DNA from: an uncultured Candidatus Sumerlaeota bacterium
Lineage (GTDB): Bacteria; Bacillota; SLNR01
Direction: 5' to 3'
DNA: 64,000 nt
Assembly: GCA_964600665.1 (NCBI GenBank)
Contig: CAZRKC010000003.1
Coordinates: 24,209-88,208 of the forward strand
Below are positions 26,303-40,789 of this stretch, piece by piece (the stretch's first letter is position 1; every line of letters starts with the position of its first letter). The translations under genes and the position numbers were made by a program. The notes beneath the pieces were generated by a model. The model was not told where the DNA came from. It saw only the letters and a program-made list of their open reading frames with translations, and did no database searches.

Positions 26303-29300
26303 ATGGCAAACTACATCGAATCGACAGCCAGTGCAAAACGGTTCAGCTTCGCAAAAATCGATGAAGTCCTGCAAATGCCCAATCTGATTGAGATCCAGAA
26401 GAATTCGTACGATTGGTTTCTCAAAGAAGGGCTCCGGGATACATTCCGGGATATTTCACCGATCCAGGATTTTACCGGAAACCTGGTTCTGGAATTCACC
26501 GATTACAGTCTGGGCGAACCCAAGTATGTCGTGGATGAATGTAAAGAAAGAGACGTGAACTACAGCGCCCCCTTAAAAGTCAGAGCGCAACTCATCAATA
26601 AAGATACAGGTGAAATCAAAGAGCAGGAAGTCTACATGGGGGATTTCCCGTTGATGACGGATAGTGGTACCTTCATCATCAATGGAGCTGAACGAGTCAT
26701 CGTCTCCCAGTTGGTCCGCTCCCCGGGGGTCTATTATGGCGAACATATCGACACCTCCGGAAAGCATCTGTTTACCTGTACCATCATCCCCAACCGGGGG
26801 GCATGGCTGGAGTTTGAGACCGATGCCAACGACATGATCCATGTTCATATCGACCGGACCAGGAAATTACCGGCGACCATCCTGTTGCGAGCCCTGGGCT
26901 ATGGCAGCGACCAGGCTGTCCAGGACTTATTTGGCGATGAGGACATCATTGCCCATACTCTGGAAAAAGACAATACCAAATCAGAAGATGAAGCATTGAT
27001 CGAAATCTACAAAAGACTGCGACCCGGCGAGCCACCCACTGTGGACAGCGCCCGTTCATTGCTGAATACCCTGTTTTTTGACCCGAAACGATACGACCTG
27101 GCTAGTGTGGGTCGCTACAAAATCAATAAGAAACTAAAACTTCGACGGCGGATTTTGAACACACATTTGGTTAATCCATTGGTGGATCCAACCACCGGCG
27201 AAATCCTTTACGATGCCGGCACTCAGATCGACAAGAAGATGATCGACCGGATGGAAGAATTGGATATCCGGGAAATCGATATCAAGACCCGGGACGATGT
27301 GACGCTGAAAATCATCACCAATGAAGCCTTGCCCACTACCTTCAAAACCATTACTCGGGATGATGTGGTGGCTGCAGTCAGCTATCTACTGAGCCTGCGC
27401 CATGGATTGGGCAATACCGATGACATCGATCATCTGGGGAACCGCCGGTTGCGATCGGTGGGAGAACTCCTCCAGAATCAATTCCGGATCGGCCTCTCCC
27501 GGATGGAACGGGTGGTCAGAGAACGAATGACCATTCAGGATGTGGATGTGATCACTCCGCAGGCGTTGATCAATATTCGCCCGGTAGTGGCGTCCATCAA
27601 AGAGTTTTTCGGCAGCAGTCAGCTGTCTCAGTTTATGGATCAAACCAACCCCTTGGCGGAACTCACCCACAAACGCCGCTTAAGTGCTTTAGGTCCGGGT
27701 GGACTCAGCCGGGAACGGGCGGGGTTTGAAGTCCGTGATGTGCATCACTCTCACTACGGCCGCATCTGTCCCATTGAAACCCCGGAAGGTCCCAACATCG
27801 GACTGATCGGATCCTTGAGTACCTACGGCCGGGTCAATCAGTACGGGTTTATTGAGACGCCTTACCGGCGTGTGGACAAGGACCTTGGCATCGTCACGAC
27901 AGACATTGACTACCTGACAGCAGATGAAGAGGACGAATGCGTCATTGCACAGGCCAACGTGTTATTGGAAGAAGACGGCCGGTTCCGGGATCCAACGGTT
28001 ACGGTTCGTTTCCAGCATAAGATTTTAGTGGTTCCCACCCACGAAGTGGATTACATGGATGTGTCACCCAAACAGGTGGTCAGTATTGCCACTGCGTTGA
28101 TCCCCTTCCTGGAAAATGATGATGCCAACCGGGCGCTGATGGGTTCCAACATGCAGCGACAGGCGGTACCTTTGCTGCGGACGGATTCCCCCCTGGTGGG
28201 CACCGGCATGGAAGGCAAGGCGGCACAGGATTCCGGTGTGCTGATTCTGGCAAAAAAACCGGGGTATGTGGAAAAAGTCAGCGGTTACGAAGTCCTGGTG
28301 AAAAACGATGATGGTTTCATCGACCGGTATGCCCTTGTCAAGTTCCGCCGATCCAACCAGGGTACCTGTATCAATCAGAAACCCATTGTGAAAAAAGGAC
28401 AGCGGATCGAAATCGGACAGGTGATTGCAGACGGTCCCTCCACAGAAGATGGCGAACTGGCGTTAGGCCGCAACGTCCTGGTGGCGTTTATGCCCTGGGA
28501 AGGCTACAACTACGAAGATGCGATCCTGATCAGCGAAAAGCTGGTGAAAGAAGATATTTTCACCTCCATCCACATCGAAGAATATGAAGCAGATGCCCGG
28601 GACACTAAATTGGGTCCGGAAGAAATCACCCGGGACATTCCCAATGTCGGGGAAGAGATCCTTAAGGATCTGGATGGCCGTGGCATTATCCGGGTGGGTG
28701 CAGAAGTGCGTCCCGGAGATATCCTGGTGGGGAAAGTCACCCCCAAAGGAGAGACCGAACTCACTGCAGAAGAACGCCTGCTTCGGGCCATTTTCGGTGA
28801 AAAAGCGCGGGAAGTGCGGGACACATCCTTGCGAGTCCCCCATGGTGAAAGCGGAATCGTGGTGGATGTGAAAGTATTTACCCGGGATAACGGCGACGAA
28901 CTGGTACCGGGTGTGAATCAACTGGTACGGGTGTACATCGCACAGAAACGAAAGATATCCGAAGGCGACAAAATCGCCGGCCGCCACGGAAACAAGGGTG
29001 TCATTGCCCGAATTCTGCCGGAGCAGGATATGCCGTTTATGCCGGATGGGACACCGGTGGAAATCGTCCTGAATCCGATGGGGGTTCCCTCCCGGATGAA
29101 TATCGGTCAGATTCTGGAGACCCACCTGGGATGGGCTGCCCGTGTCATGGGCATGAAAATGGCCACCCCCGTATTTGACGGACCCACCGAGTTGGAAGTC
29201 CTGGACGAACTGAAGAAAGCCGGATTACCGGAAAATGGCAAGATCCAATTGTATGACGGCCGCACCGGTGAACCCTTTGATAATCAGGTCACTGTCGGCT

Positions 29301-30061
29301 ATGTATATATGTTGAAACTGGCGCATTTGGTGGATGACAAGATTCATGCCCGGTCCACGGGCCCGTACTCCTTGGTCACCCAGCAGCCTTTGGGCGGGAA
29401 AGCCCAGTTCGGTGGACAGCGATTCGGGGAAATGGAAGTGTGGGCGCTGGAAGCGTATGGTGCCAGCTACACCCTCCAGGAACTCCTGACCGTTAAATCC
29501 GATGATGTGGTGGGTCGGGTCAAGACTTACGAAGCCATCGTCAAAGGTGAAAATGTTCCTGAACCCGGTGTGCCGGAATCCTTCAAGGTATTGATCAAGG
29601 AACTCCAGAGTCTGGCATTGGATGTGAAGATCCTCACAGAGGATGCCAAAGAGATCGAGATTCGGGAAAGCGATGACGATCCGTCATCAACCCCCACCTT
29701 AGGACTGAATATCGACGGCAATGAATTAGGTGCGGACGACGATGATTACCGGCCGGTCCGCAAGCCGCTACCGCCATTGGTACCGGTGATTCCTATTGAT
29801 GATGATGCCGATACCGATTTGGAACTGGAAGACGAAGATTTGGATGATGAAGACACGGATATGGAAGAAACCCTTGAGTCCGATGAGGAAGTGGACAGTG
29901 AGGCCACTGCAGAAGATGGCAGTCCCCTGACACTGGCCCGGAAGGGGAAAGACCCGGTTCGGGATGAGTTCGAAGGCACCAAGAAGCCGAAAAAGGCCAA
30001 GCAGGACAAGAAACCCAAACGTATTATCCTGTCCGATTACGAAGATGAGGAAATCGAATGA
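26303..30061 (+). CDS. rpoB: DNA-directed RNA polymerase beta subunit, with long acidic C-terminal tail
   Basis: 1252 aa with [21 protein letters not shown] and [12 protein letters not shown] motifs. Confidence 0.97.
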   Translation: MANYIESTASAKRFSFAKIDEVLQMPNLIEIQKNSYDWFLKEGLRDTFRDISPIQDFTGNLVLEFTDYSLGEPKYVVDECKERDVNYSAPLKVRAQLINKDTGEIKEQEVYMGDFPLMTDSGTFIINGAERVIVSQLVRSPGVYYGEHIDTSGKHLFTCTIIPNRGAWLEFETDANDMIHVHIDRTRKLPATILLRALGYGSDQAVQDLFGDEDIIAHTLEKDNTKSEDEALIEIYKRLRPGEPPTVDSARSLLNTLFFDPKRYDLASVGRYKINKKLKLRRRILNTHLVNPLVDPTTGEILYDAGTQIDKKMIDRMEELDIREIDIKTRDDVTLKIITNEALPTTFKTITRDDVVAAVSYLLSLRHGLGNTDDIDHLGNRRLRSVGELLQNQFRIGLSRMERVVRERMTIQDVDVITPQALINIRPVVASIKEFFGSSQLSQFMDQTNPLAELTHKRRLSALGPGGLSRERAGFEVRDVHHSHYGRICPIETPEGPNIGLIGSLSTYGRVNQYGFIETPYRRVDKDLGIVTTDIDYLTADEEDECVIAQANVLLEEDGRFRDPTVTVRFQHKILVVPTHEVDYMDVSPKQVVSIATALIPFLENDDANRALMGSNMQRQAVPLLRTDSPLVGTGMEGKAAQDSGVLILAKKPGYVEKVSGYEVLVKNDDGFIDRYALVKFRRSNQGTCINQKPIVKKGQRIEIGQVIADGPSTEDGELALGRNVLVAFMPWEGYNYEDAILISEKLVKEDIFTSIHIEEYEADARDTKLGPEEITRDIPNVGEEILKDLDGRGIIRVGAEVRPGDILVGKVTPKGETELTAEERLLRAIFGEKAREVRDTSLRVPHGESGIVVDVKVFTRDNGDELVPGVNQLVRVYIAQKRKISEGDKIAGRHGNKGVIARILPEQDMPFMPDGTPVEIVLNPMGVPSRMNIGQILETHLGWAARVMGMKMATPVFDGPTELEVLDELKKAGLPENGKIQLYDGRTGEPFDNQVTVGYVYMLKLAHLVDDKIHARSTGPYSLVTQQPLGGKAQFGGQRFGEMEVWALEAYGASYTLQELLTVKSDDVVGRVKTYEAIVKGENVPEPGVPESFKVLIKELQSLALDVKILTEDAKEIEIRESDDDPSSTPTLGLNIDGNELGADDDDYRPVRKPLPPLVPVIPIDDDADTDLELEDEDLDDEDTDMEETLESDEEVDSEATAEDGSPLTLARKGKDPVRDEFEGTKKPKKAKQDKKPKRIILSDYEDEEIE

Positions 30062-30140
30062 TCGGGCATCCGGTGAGGTTTGGAGAACCACCGGATTGCA
30101 AAAGGCTTTGGACTGAAAACGAATGAAGGGGGATAAGCCT

Positions 30141-33100
30141 TTGCTGGAACTGAACAATTTTGACTCAATCAAGATCGGATTGGCTTCACCGGAACAGATC
30201 CGCGAGTGGTCAAAAGGTGAGGTCAAAAAACCGGAAACCATCAACTACCGGACACTGAAACCCGAGCGGGAAGGGCTGTTTTGTGAAAAAATCTTTGGCC
30301 CCACCCGGGACTGGGAGTGCCATTGCGGTAAATACAAACGGGTTCGATATAAAGGGATCATCTGCGATCGCTGCGGTGTGGAAGTGACCCGCTCAAAGGT
30401 CCGCCGTGAACGGCTGGGCCACATTGAGTTAGCCGCATCTGTTTCCCACATCTGGTATTTCAAAGGGATTCCCAGCCGGATCGGGTTGCTGTTGGATATG
30501 TCTCCGCGTTCCCTGGAGCGGGTGCTGTATTTTGCTGCATATATCGTCACAGATCCGGGCAGCAACACCTCACTCGTGAAAAAACAACTGTTAAGTGAAG
30601 CTGAATACCGGGAAAGCCGGGAGAAATTTGGTAATGCCTTCAAAGCCGGCATGGGTGCCGAGTTCGTACGTGTGCTGTTAGCAGAAATTGATCTGGAAAA
30701 GCTCTCAAATGAACTGCGAAAAGAACTGCGGGAAGTGACCGGCCAACGGAAAGTCCGGGCGATCCGCCGTTTGGAAGTGGTGGAAGCCTTCCGGAAGTCA
30801 GAAACCCGGCCGGAATGGATGATTTTAGATGTGATCCCCGTGATTCCGCCGGAATTACGACCCATGGTGCAATTAGACGGTGGCCGCTTTGCCACCTCCG
30901 ACTTAAATGACCTCTACCGCCGGGTGATCAACCGGAATAACCGGTTGAAACGACTCCTGGATCTGGGTGCACCGGACATCATCGTTCGCAATGAAAAGCG
31001 GATGCTGCAGGAAGCTGTGGATGCCCTCATCGATAACGGGCGTCGCGGTCGACCGGTGACCGGGCCTGGTAACCGACCCTTAAAATCCCTCAGCGATATG
31101 CTTAAAGGCAAACAGGGACGTTTCCGCCAGAATCTGCTGGGCAAGCGGGTGGACTACTCCGGCCGATCCGTCATCGTGGTGGGGCCGCGTTTGAAACTCC
31201 ATCAGTGCGGGTTACCCAAAGAAATGGCGCTGGAACTCTTTAAACCCTTTGTGATGAAACAGCTGGTTAAACAGAATCTGGCCCATAACATCAAAAGCGC
31301 CAAGCGCATGGTGGAACGGGTCCGACCAGAAGTATGGGATGTACTGGAAGATGTGATCAAGGAACATCCGGTGCTCTTGAACCGGGCACCGACCTTGCAT
31401 CGACTGGGGATCCAGTCTTTTGAACCGGTTTTAGTTGAAGGCCGGGCGATTCAGATCCATCCCCTTGTCTGCACTGCATACAACGCAGACTTCGATGGTG
31501 ACCAGATGGCGGTGCATGTGCCGTTGTCAGCGGAAGCACAGGCAGAAGCCCGGATCCTGATGCTGTCAACCCATAATATATTGAACCCCAAAGACGGCAA
31601 GCCTGTGACCACACCCACGCAGGATATGGTCATCGGTTGTTATTACCTGACCCTGGCGGAAGATGAACATGTTCCCAAGCTCGGCGCACTGGCGTCCATG
31701 GATTATGTCCATCCGGAAACCGGCGAGATCTTGGTAGCAAAAGAAGAGCGCTTGAACATGGATACCCTGGAGCGACTGGCTGCGGCCGGCATCCAGGTGG
31801 ATGTCAAGTCCATCCCCTTCTTTACCAGCACCGCCGAAGCCTTGATGGCGTATGCGAATCACGATATCAGCCTCCACCAGCATCTGATGGTGATCTATGA
31901 AGGTGCGAACAAACATACCACTGTGGGCCGGCTGATCTTTAATGAAGTACTGCCGCCGGAACTCCGGTATGTGAACCGGGCGGTGGATAAAAAGGCATTG
32001 GGGAATATCATTTCCGAATCGTTCCGTCTCTTTGGTAGTGTATTGACTGCCAAGGTGCTGGACGGGATCAAGGAACTGGGCTTTAAATATGCCACCCAGG
32101 CCGGGATCACCATCGCCGTCACGGATATCAAAGTACCTGAAGAGAAAGTCGGGATCCTGGCTGAAGCCGATGCGGATGTGGAACAGATCGAATATCAGCA
32201 TCGACGCGGGCTGATCAATGATGATGAACGGTACAACAAGGTGGTTCAGGTTTGGACCAAAGCCACTGAAGACGTTACTGAAGCACTAAAAGATTCTTTT
32301 GACCGGTTCAATCCGGTCTATATGATGGCCACATCCGGCGCCCGAGGGAACATCCAGCAGATCCGTCAGCTGGCCGGGATGCGGGGATTGATGGCTGACC
32401 CGTCTGGCCGGATCATCGATGTACCGATTAAGGCCAATTTCCGCGAAGGGTTGACGGTGTTGGAATACTTCACATCGACCCATGGTGCGCGAAAAGGATT
32501 GGCGGACACGGCGCTGCGAACTGCAGATTCCGGCTACCTGACCCGACGGTTGGTCGATGTTGCCCAGGATGTGATCGTCCGGGAAGAAGACTGTGGCACC
32601 ACCAACGGTATCATGGTATCCGAGATCAAAGACGGCTCTGAGACCATCGAGTCATTCTACGACCGGATCGTCGGCCGTATCTGCCTAGATGATATCCCGG
32701 CACCGGAAGGATCCTATACTCCCAAGCCGGTGGTGACACCTTACGAAGCGTTTTACGAAGATAATCTGGGGAAAGTATCCCATAGTGACTGGACCCATCC
32801 TGCAACCGGTGAATTGATCATGGAAGTAGGCGACCGGTATACCGAGGACACCATCAAGCTTCTGGATGAAGCCGGATTGTTGCCGGAACCACCGGAAGAT
32901 GAAAATGCCTATATCATCCGGGCTAATCAGGAGATCACCGAAGACATTGCGCGAAAAATCGTGGACGCCGGCATCAAGGAAGTCCGGATCCGTTCCGTCC
33001 TCACCTGTCGTTCCCGTTACGGGATCTGCATTAAATGCTACGGTCGCAATCTGGCTACTGGCGGCATCGTGGAAATCGGGGAAGCCGTGGGTATTGTGGC

Positions 33101-33905
33101 TGCTCAATCCATCGGTGAACCCGGCACGCAGCTGACCATGCGGACATTCCATACCGGCGGTGTTGCTGGTGACGATATCACCCAGGGTCTCCCGCGGGTG
33201 GAGGAGCTCTTTGAAGCCCGCAAGCCCAAAGGACAGGCCATCATTTCCGAAGTATACGGGCAGATCCATATCGGTGAGAACAAAGGCCGCGTTGAGATCG
33301 AAGTCCGGACAGAAAACAACGAGAACAACCGGGCGTATATGGTTCCCTACGGAGCCCGGATGGTACCGGAAATTAAAGAAGGCAGTTATGTAGACGCCGG
33401 ATCTGAATTGACGGAAGGATCCATCAACCCCCACGATCTGTTGAAAATCAAAGGATTGCGGGGCGTGCAGATGTATCTGCTGGATGAAGTCCAGAAAGTG
33501 TACCGACTTCAGGGTGTGGATATCAACGATAAACACATCGAGGTCATGGTCCGGCAGATGCTCCGGAAAGTCAAAGTAGAAGATCCGGGCGATACCGATC
33601 TTCTCCCCGGTGGCTTAGTGGATATCTTCGATTTCGAAGAAGAAAATGCCCGGGTCATCGCCAATGACGGATTGCCGGCTGCGGCTAAACCCATTCTCTT
33701 AGGGATCACCAAAGCGTCTCTGGCGACGGATTCGTTCCTGTCGGCAGCATCCTTCCAGGAAACAACCCGGGTGTTGACCGAAGCCGCCATTAAAGGCAAG
33801 ATCGATCCTCTCCTGGGACTGAAAGAGAATGTAATCATCGGCAAATTGATCCCGGCTGGAACCGGAATGTCTCGATATCGCAACATCCGGCTAAAACCGC
33901 ATTGA
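30141..33905 (+). CDS. rpoC: DNA-directed RNA polymerase beta-prime subunit
   Basis: Zn site [23 protein letters not shown] and catalytic [12 protein letters not shown] 30141 behind AAGGGGGA gives [17 protein letters not shown], matching the usual Firmicutes N-terminus. ATG 30123 is the alternative start. Confidence 0.95.
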   Translation: MLELNNFDSIKIGLASPEQIREWSKGEVKKPETINYRTLKPEREGLFCEKIFGPTRDWECHCGKYKRVRYKGIICDRCGVEVTRSKVRRERLGHIELAASVSHIWYFKGIPSRIGLLLDMSPRSLERVLYFAAYIVTDPGSNTSLVKKQLLSEAEYRESREKFGNAFKAGMGAEFVRVLLAEIDLEKLSNELRKELREVTGQRKVRAIRRLEVVEAFRKSETRPEWMILDVIPVIPPELRPMVQLDGGRFATSDLNDLYRRVINRNNRLKRLLDLGAPDIIVRNEKRMLQEAVDALIDNGRRGRPVTGPGNRPLKSLSDMLKGKQGRFRQNLLGKRVDYSGRSVIVVGPRLKLHQCGLPKEMALELFKPFVMKQLVKQNLAHNIKSAKRMVERVRPEVWDVLEDVIKEHPVLLNRAPTLHRLGIQSFEPVLVEGRAIQIHPLVCTAYNADFDGDQMAVHVPLSAEAQAEARILMLSTHNILNPKDGKPVTTPTQDMVIGCYYLTLAEDEHVPKLGALASMDYVHPETGEILVAKEERLNMDTLERLAAAGIQVDVKSIPFFTSTAEALMAYANHDISLHQHLMVIYEGANKHTTVGRLIFNEVLPPELRYVNRAVDKKALGNIISESFRLFGSVLTAKVLDGIKELGFKYATQAGITIAVTDIKVPEEKVGILAEADADVEQIEYQHRRGLINDDERYNKVVQVWTKATEDVTEALKDSFDRFNPVYMMATSGARGNIQQIRQLAGMRGLMADPSGRIIDVPIKANFREGLTVLEYFTSTHGARKGLADTALRTADSGYLTRRLVDVAQDVIVREEDCGTTNGIMVSEIKDGSETIESFYDRIVGRICLDDIPAPEGSYTPKPVVTPYEAFYEDNLGKVSHSDWTHPATGELIMEVGDRYTEDTIKLLDEAGLLPEPPEDENAYIIRANQEITEDIARKIVDAGIKEVRIRSVLTCRSRYGICIKCYGRNLATGGIVEIGEAVGIVAAQSIGEPGTQLTMRTFHTGGVAGDDITQGLPRVEELFEARKPKGQAIISEVYGQIHIGENKGRVEIEVRTENNENNRAYMVPYGARMVPEIKEGSYVDAGSELTEGSINPHDLLKIKGLRGVQMYLLDEVQKVYRLQGVDINDKHIEVMVRQMLRKVKVEDPGDTDLLPGGLVDIFDFEEENARVIANDGLPAAAKPILLGITKASLATDSFLSAASFQETTRVLTEAAIKGKIDPLLGLKENVIIGKLIPAGTGMSRYRNIRLKPH

Positions 33906-33912
33906 TTGCTTA

Positions 33913-33941
33913 TTGACACTAGTTTTTAATGGTGTTAAAAT
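33913..33941 (+). promoter_or_regulatory. Sigma-A-type promoter of the L7Ae-rpsL-rpsG-fusA-tuf unit
   Basis: TTGACA (33913-33918), 17-nt spacer, TGtTAAAAT (33936-33941). Confidence 0.55.
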
Positions 33942-33999
33942 ATTAGAGTGTCTTATTGCGCCCATGGCTTTGATGCAGTTGACCGGGAGGGGATAAACG

Positions 34000-34248
34000 A
34001 TGCCAGACCGACTGAAATCTGCAAAGAAAAAATTCGTTGGCACAAAACAGACTCTCAAGGCAGTCGAGAACGGAAAAGCGAAGGTGGTCTACTATGCCAA
34101 AGACGCTGAAGACCATGTGTTGCGACCGCTGTTGAAAGCATGTAAGGAGAAGGCGATCGAAGTGGTGACCGTTGATACCATGCAGCAGCTGGGAAAAATC
34201 TGCGGCATTGAAATCGGTGCTGCGGCTGCCGCCTGGAGCGCGGACTGA
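34000..34248 (+). CDS. L7Ae-family ribosome-associated protein (YbxF-like)
   Basis: 82 aa (VGTKQTLKAVENGKAKVVYYAKDA). It occupies the conserved Firmicutes position between rpoC and rpsL. Confidence 0.8.
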   Translation: MPDRLKSAKKKFVGTKQTLKAVENGKAKVVYYAKDAEDHVLRPLLKACKEKAIEVVTVDTMQQLGKICGIEIGAAAAAWSAD

Positions 34249-34334
34249 GGATTGAACACGGCAGGACGGTTTTACCGCCGCCCTGCCGGATATCACATAT
34301 TAAATAGGAATGTTTGAGAAAGGAGGTGGATCGT

Positions 34335-34712
34335 GTGCCGACTATCAATCAGCTTGTCAGAGAAGGCAGAGAGACCATTGAAAAGAAATCCAATGCACCA
34401 GCATTGAAGAACAATCCGCAAAAGAGGGGCGTTTGTACCAGGGTGTATACCACAACGCCGAAGAAGCCCAATTCTGCACTGCGGAAAGTTGCCAGGGTCA
34501 GACTGTCCAATCAAATCGAAGTGACTGCATATATTCCCGGAATCGGACATAATCTGCAGGAGCACTCAGTCGTTCTGGTCCGGGGTGGTAGAATAAAAGA
34601 CTTGCCTGGGGTTCGATATCATATCGTCAGAGGAACTTTGGATTCATCCGGAGTTCAAAATCGTGGACAGGGACGCTCCAAATACGGAACAAAACGCGCC
34701 AAGAAGAAATAA
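34335..34712 (+). CDS. rpsL: Ribosomal protein S12
   Basis: GTG 34335 behind AGGAGG gives (M)PTINQLVR; also [14 protein letters not shown]. Confidence 0.95.
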   Translation: MPTINQLVREGRETIEKKSNAPALKNNPQKRGVCTRVYTTTPKKPNSALRKVARVRLSNQIEVTAYIPGIGHNLQEHSVVLVRGGRIKDLPGVRYHIVRGTLDSSGVQNRGQGRSKYGTKRAKKK

Positions 34713-34733
34713 GGATAAGAGATTGCAGAGTAA

Positions 34734-35216
<483 letters not shown>

Positions 35217-35331
35217 TTGATGATACGGGACGGGAACACCCGGTGGTAGACACGACTCGGGCTGGCAGTTGCCCGGGTACCAGAAGCAGCTGATGATGCA
35301 GGTGCAGTTCTCATTGAAGGAGGAAGCGGAA

Positions 35332-37410
35332 ATGACCAGGAAGTTCTCATTGGAAAAAACACGCAATATCGGAATCATCGCTCATATCGATGCGGGTAAG
35401 ACCACCACCACAGAACGGATTTTGTATTATACGGGACGGGTGCACAAGTTGGGTGAGGTTCACGACGGGGCAGCCACCATGGACTGGATGATCCAGGAGC
35501 AAGAACGAGGGATCACCATTACATCGGCGGCTACGACCTGTGAATGGAAAGCCCATCGAATTAATATTATCGACACGCCCGGGCACGTGGATTTTACCGT
35601 CGAAGTGGAACGGTCCTTGCGGGTACTCGACAGCGCAGTGGTTATTTTCTGTGCAAAAGGCGGTGTTGAACCCCAATCCGAGACCGTCTGGCGACAGGCG
35701 GACCGCTATCGGGTTCCCCGGATGGCGTATATCAACAAAATGGATATTACCGGTGCGGACTTCTTTCGGGTCGTGGATTCCATTCGCAGTAAACTGGGTG
35801 CCAATCCGGTACCCATCCAGGTTCCGGTCGGCGTTGAAGATACTTATCGCGGCGCAGTAGACCTGGTGACCATGAAGGCGAATATTTACACGGATAATCT
35901 GGGGACTCAATCTGAAGAAGCAGAGATTCCGGAAGAATTGAAGGTGCTTTGTCAGGAAACACGGGCGAAGATGATCGAAGCGATCTCAGAGCACGATGAA
36001 GAACTGATGGAGAAGTTTCTCAACGATGAAGAACTAACTGCAGACGAGATTCGCCGGGGGATCCGCAAGGCCACCATAGGCCTCCACATCATTCCCGTGG
36101 TATGCGGGACTTCATACCGGAACAAAGGGGTGCAGCCGTTGCTGGATGCAGTGGTCTACTACCTGCCGGCACCGGTGGATACACCGCCCATCCATGGCAT
36201 CAATCCGGATACGGAAGTGGAAGAATTCCGAAACACCAGCGATGAGGAACCATTCTCTGCCCTGGCGTTCAAGATCATGACGGATCCGTACGTGGGCAAG
36301 CTGGCATTCTTCCGCGTGTACTCAGGTGTGCTGGAATCCGGATCATATATCTACAATGCCACCAAAGGCAAACGGGAACGAATCGGCCGCATTCTCCAAA
36401 TGCATGCCAATCACCGGGAAGAAATCGCCAAAGTGTACGCCGGAGACATTGCAGCTGCAGTGGGTTTACGCGACACCACCACTGGGGACACCCTGTGTGT
36501 GGAAGAAAAACCAATCATTCTAGAATCCATGAAGTTTGCCGATCCAGTCATCGATATTGCCATCGAACCCAAGACCAAGGCAGACTTTGACAAAATGGCG
36601 ATCTCCCTCAATAAAATGGGAGAAGAGGATCCCACATTCCGGATGCAGACCAACACGGAAACGGGACAGACGATCATCTCCGGGATGGGTGAACTCCATC
36701 TGGAAATCATCGTGGACCGACTGCTTCGGGAATTCAAAGTGGATGCCAGTATTGGCAGACCCCAGGTGGCGTATAAAGAATCCATCGAAGGGACCACGAA
36801 AGTCGAAGGGAAATTCATTCGCCAGTCCGGCGGCCACGGGCAATACGGTCATGTTTGGTTGGAGATCCAGCCCCTGGAACGGGGAAAAGGATTTGTCTTC
36901 AACAACAAGATCGTCGGTGGCGTGATTCCTAGAGAATACATTGCGCCGGTGGAAGCAGGTGTCCGCGAGGCCATGACCAATGGTGTGCTGGCCGGATATC
37001 CCATCGTGGATGTGGAAGTGACCTTGTATGACGGGTCATACCATGATGTCGACTCATCTGAAATGGCATTCAGGGTGGCCGCATCCATCGCATTCAAGAA
37101 CGGGATCATGAAAGCGAAGCCGATCCTGGTGGAGCCGATTATGAAGGTAGAAGTGATTGTGCCCGAAGAGTACATGGGAGATGTCATTGGCGATATCAAT
37201 TCCAGACGCGGAAGCATTCTGGGGATGGAAACCGAAATCGCGACTCATATCATCAAATCCCATGTGCCATTGGCGGAAATGTTTGGTTATTCCACTATCC
37301 TGCGGTCCAAGACCCAGGGACGGGGAACCTACTCCATGGAGTTCTCCCATTACCAGACCGTTCCCCAAAGTATTTCAGAAAGCATTGTCGCCAAGAACCG
37401 AGGGTATTGA
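35332..37410 (+). CDS. fusA: Elongation factor G
   Basis: [35 protein letters not shown] 35332 follows GAAGGAGGAAG. Confidence 0.97.
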   Translation: MTRKFSLEKTRNIGIIAHIDAGKTTTTERILYYTGRVHKLGEVHDGAATMDWMIQEQERGITITSAATTCEWKAHRINIIDTPGHVDFTVEVERSLRVLDSAVVIFCAKGGVEPQSETVWRQADRYRVPRMAYINKMDITGADFFRVVDSIRSKLGANPVPIQVPVGVEDTYRGAVDLVTMKANIYTDNLGTQSEEAEIPEELKVLCQETRAKMIEAISEHDEELMEKFLNDEELTADEIRRGIRKATIGLHIIPVVCGTSYRNKGVQPLLDAVVYYLPAPVDTPPIHGINPDTEVEEFRNTSDEEPFSALAFKIMTDPYVGKLAFFRVYSGVLESGSYIYNATKGKRERIGRILQMHANHREEIAKVYAGDIAAAVGLRDTTTGDTLCVEEKPIILESMKFADPVIDIAIEPKTKADFDKMAISLNKMGEEDPTFRMQTNTETGQTIISGMGELHLEIIVDRLLREFKVDASIGRPQVAYKESIEGTTKVEGKFIRQSGGHGQYGHVWLEIQPLERGKGFVFNNKIVGGVIPREYIAPVEAGVREAMTNGVLAGYPIVDVEVTLYDGSYHDVDSSEMAFRVAASIAFKNGIMKAKPILVEPIMKVEVIVPEEYMGDVIGDINSRRGSILGMETEIATHIIKSHVPLAEMFGYSTILRSKTQGRGTYSMEFSHYQTVPQSISESIVAKNRGY

Positions 37411-37439
37411 TCTGAAACCATACAACTACACTAAAGCGC

Positions 37440-38656
37440 AAGGAGGAAAAGAACAATGGCAAAGAAGAAGTTTGAAAGAACGAAGCCGCATGTAAATGTA
37501 GGGACGATCGGGCATGTGGACCATGGGAAGACGACGCTGACAGCGGCGATCACCATGTGTCTGGCGAAATCCGGGATGTCGGAAGTAATGAGTTACGATA
37601 TGATCGACAAAGCGCCGGAGGAACGGGAACGAGGGATCACGATCAACACGGCGCATGTGGAATATGAGACGACCAAACGGCATTACGCCCATGTTGACTG
37701 TCCGGGACACGCGGACTATGTAAAGAACATGATCACCGGAGCCGCACAGATGGACGGGGCGATCCTGGTGGTATCCGCCGCAGACGGCCCGATGCCGCAG
37801 ACCCGGGAACACATATTGCTGGCGAGACAGGTCGGGGTACCCAACATAGTGGTCTTTTTGAACAAGGCCGACATGGTGGATGATCCGGAACTGATGGAAC
37901 TGGTGGAGATGGAAGTCCGGGAATTGCTGAGCATGTACGAATTTCCGGGAGACGATATTCCGGTGATTCCGGGATCAGCCCTCAAGGCGATGAACTGCGC
38001 CTGCGGCAGCCGGGAATGTGAAGACTGCAAAGCGATCTGGGAACTGATGGATGCAGTGGACTCCTACATACCGACCCCGATTCGTGACACAGACAAACCC
38101 TTCATGATGGCGATCGAAGATGTGTTTACGATCACCGGACGAGGGACAGTGGTCACCGGTCGAATCGAGCGGGGGATGGTCAAAGTCGGGGATGAAGTGG
38201 AGATCGTCGGGTTTACAGAAAAGCCGCGGAAAGTCGTGGTCACAGGCGTGGAAATGTTCCGCAAGCTGCTGGATCAGGCAGTGGCCGGGGACAATGTGGG
38301 CACATTGCTTCGGGGAGTGGACAAGAATGATGTGGAACGGGGTCAGGTATTGGCCAAGCCGGGATCCATCAAACCCCACACCAAGTTTCAGGCGAATGTG
38401 TATGTGCTGTCCAAAGAAGAAGGCGGCCGGCACACACCGTTTTTCAATGGTTATCGGCCCCAGTTTTACTTCCGGACCACGGATGTAACGGGGATGATCA
38501 AGTTACCGGAAGGCGTGGAAATGGTCATGCCGGGGGACAACATCACCATGGGGATCGAACTGATCACCCCCATCGCTGTCGAAGAAGGCCTTCGGTTTGC
38601 GATTCGTGAAGGCGGACGGACTGTGGGCGCCGGTGTGGTTGCCACCATCGACTGAT
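37440..38656 (+). repeat. 1217-bp direct repeat, copy 2 (RBS plus the entire tuf gene)
   Basis: Identical to 21140-22356 except at 38577 and 38625. Confidence 0.95.
37456..38655 (+). CDS. tuf: Elongation factor Tu, copy 2
   Basis: The protein is identical to copy 1. It sits in the canonical position after fusA. Confidence 0.97.
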   Translation: MAKKKFERTKPHVNVGTIGHVDHGKTTLTAAITMCLAKSGMSEVMSYDMIDKAPEERERGITINTAHVEYETTKRHYAHVDCPGHADYVKNMITGAAQMDGAILVVSAADGPMPQTREHILLARQVGVPNIVVFLNKADMVDDPELMELVEMEVRELLSMYEFPGDDIPVIPGSALKAMNCACGSRECEDCKAIWELMDAVDSYIPTPIRDTDKPFMMAIEDVFTITGRGTVVTGRIERGMVKVGDEVEIVGFTEKPRKVVVTGVEMFRKLLDQAVAGDNVGTLLRGVDKNDVERGQVLAKPGSIKPHTKFQANVYVLSKEEGGRHTPFFNGYRPQFYFRTTDVTGMIKLPEGVEMVMPGDNITMGIELITPIAVEEGLRFAIREGGRTVGAGVVATID

Positions 38657-38799
38657 AAAATCCAATGGTTCCGGCCGGTTTCGGCCGGCCGGAGCCGATG
38701 ATATTGGCATGAACGATGATGTGAAAGGTTGCTGGCTCGGCCAGGGAATTTCCACGGAGTGTGCCTGTTCCAGAAACGGGTGAAAAGGAGGTTATCAAA

Positions 38800-39108
38800 A
38801 TGGCAAAACAGAAAATCAGGATCCGACTGCGGGCGTTTGATCACAACATCCTGGATCAATCCGCACTGAAAATTGTTGAAACAGCGAAAAGGACCGGGGC
38901 AAGTGTATCCGGACCGATCCCGCTTCCCACGGAAAAGAATATTTACACGATCCTTCGTGCTCCCCATAAGTATAAGGATTCTCGGGAGCAGTTTGAAATG
39001 AGGACCCATAAACGACTGATCGATATTATCGAACCGACGCCGAAAACAGTGGATGCCCTCATGAAGCTGGATCTGCCGGCTGGTGTGGACATCGAAATCA
39101 AATTATAA
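38800..39108 (+). CDS. rpsJ: Ribosomal protein S10
   Basis: [18 protein letters not shown] 38800 follows AAAGGAGG. Confidence 0.95.
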   Translation: MAKQKIRIRLRAFDHNILDQSALKIVETAKRTGASVSGPIPLPTEKNIYTILRAPHKYKDSREQFEMRTHKRLIDIIEPTPKTVDALMKLDLPAGVDIEIKL

Positions 39109-39158
39109 ATGCGGCAATACCGCAGGGTATTGCGGATCGATTTACGGGGAGGTGGCAA

Positions 39159-39791
39159 ATGATGAAAAAAGGAATTATCGGGAAAAAGCTGGGCATGACG
39201 CAAATATTTGACGAAACCGGTCTATGCATTCCCGTTACTGTCGTTGAGGCGGGTCCCTGTGTGGTGGTTCAAAAGAAGACAAAAGAAGTGGACGGTTACG
39301 AAGCCATTCAAGTGGGCTTTGGCGCAGTGAAGGAAAAGCATGTTAATAAACCGAAAAAAGGTCATTTTGAAAAAGCCCATGTTGAACCGCGGAAAGTGAT
39401 CCGTGAACTGAAACTGGAAAATAGCAGTGAATTCACGGTTGGCGATGAGATCAAAGCCGACATGTTCGAAATCGGCGATATGATCGATGTAGCCGGCACT
39501 TCCAAGGGAAAAGGCTTTGCTGGACCCATTAAACGGTGGGGGTTTGGCCGCGGACTCATGACTCATGGCTCCAAATATCACCGGAGAACCGGTTCCTTGG
39601 CTTCCGGGCGTGAACCATCCCATGTGTTCAAAGGCAGAAAGATGCCAGGACATATGGGCAGTGTACGCCGGACAGTCCAGGGACTGAAAATCGTTCGTGT
39701 CGATGCAGATCGTAATTTGATTCTGATCAAAGGTTCGATTCCGGGCGGCAAAGGTACGCTCGTGACGATCAAGAGCAGCGTCAAAGTTTAA
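39159..39791 (+). CDS. rplC: Ribosomal protein L3
   Basis: [15 protein letters not shown] and GKGFAG motifs. Confidence 0.95.
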   Translation: MMKKGIIGKKLGMTQIFDETGLCIPVTVVEAGPCVVVQKKTKEVDGYEAIQVGFGAVKEKHVNKPKKGHFEKAHVEPRKVIRELKLENSSEFTVGDEIKADMFEIGDMIDVAGTSKGKGFAGPIKRWGFGRGLMTHGSKYHRRTGSLASGREPSHVFKGRKMPGHMGSVRRTVQGLKIVRVDADRNLILIKGSIPGGKGTLVTIKSSVKV

Positions 39792-39838
39792 ACCAATATC
39801 AATTGATGGTCGAAGAAAGTAAGAAAGGAGGCTTTGCT

Positions 39839-40462
39839 ATGCCGGTAGTAGCTTTATATAACATCAAGGGAGAGCAGATCGGAGACATCCAGCTCAGCGA
39901 CCATGTCTTCGCAGCCGAAATCAATCAATCCCTGATTCATGACGTCGTCGTTATGCACAATGCCAACAAGAGACAGGGGACTGCAGCAACCAAGACCCGC
40001 GGACTGGTCCGTGGGGGTGGACGCAAACCCTGGCGTCAGAAAGGAACAGGCAGAGCCCGTCACGGATCCATCCGGTCACCCCTTTGGGTGGGTGGTGGTA
40101 CTGTGTTCGGACCTTCTCCCCGGGACTATTCATACACCATGCCGAAAAAAGCCCGGAGAGCTGCTTTACGTTCCGCATTATCTGCCAAAATGGAGTCCGG
40201 TGACATCATCGTTATCGACTCATTTGAAGTATCAGAACCCAAAACCAAACAGGTCGTGGAATTGTTGCACAACCTGAATGTGAACGGGAAGGCCATGTTG
40301 GTCATCGGCGGTTACGACAGCAATGTGTATCTGTCGTCCCGCAACATTCCGGGGGTCAAATCATCTCCGGCCAGAGAAATCAATGTGTCCGATGTTATGA
40401 TCTACGGGAAAATCATCCTGACCCAAGACGCCGTAGCAAAAGTGGAGGAGGTGCTAGCATAA
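39839..40462 (+). CDS. rplD: Ribosomal protein L4
   Basis: [33 protein letters not shown] 39839 follows AAAGGAGG. Confidence 0.95.
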   Translation: MPVVALYNIKGEQIGDIQLSDHVFAAEINQSLIHDVVVMHNANKRQGTAATKTRGLVRGGGRKPWRQKGTGRARHGSIRSPLWVGGGTVFGPSPRDYSYTMPKKARRAALRSALSAKMESGDIIVIDSFEVSEPKTKQVVELLHNLNVNGKAMLVIGGYDSNVYLSSRNIPGVKSSPAREINVSDVMIYGKIILTQDAVAKVEEVLA

Positions 40463-40749
40463 TGCAGAATCCACATGATGTCATCCGCCGTCCGGTAATC
40501 ACTGAAAGAAGCATGGACATGATGGCGATGAACAAATATGTCTTCTATGTTGACAAACGCGCCAACAAAGCTGAAATCAAAAGCGCTGTGGAGCAGGTTT
40601 TCAAAGTGAAGGTTCTGGCAGTGAACACCAGTCATGTTCGTGGCAAGGCCAAGCGCATGGGCGTTCATCGAGGCTTCACCCCTGACCGGAAAAAGGCCAT
40701 TGTCACTTTGGCTGAAGGACAGAAAATCGAATTCTTTGAAGGTATCTGA
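40462..40749 (+). CDS. rplW: Ribosomal protein L23
   Basis: 95 aa ([27 protein letters not shown]). Confidence 0.93.
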   Translation: MQNPHDVIRRPVITERSMDMMAMNKYVFYVDKRANKAEIKSAVEQVFKVKVLAVNTSHVRGKAKRMGVHRGFTPDRKKAIVTLAEGQKIEFFEGI

Positions 40750-40789
40750 TGAAAACACACGACGAATTTGCTGAAAGGAGGGAATGGTA

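Noticed and set aside
28463-29125. Long antisense ORFs inside rpoB and rpoC (28463-29125, 31566-32201 and 32685-33536; 211-283 aa).
   Set aside because: They lie opposite unambiguous, highly conserved CDSs. Their composition (Gly/His/Pro/Asp-rich) is typical of antisense frames of purine-rich coding sequence.
38671-38692. GC-only hairpin CCGGCCG-GTTT-CGGCCGG after tuf copy 2, considered as a terminator.
   Set aside because: No U-tract follows, and the S10 operon has no obvious promoter of its own, so read-through from tuf is more likely. It may be a pause or processing element.
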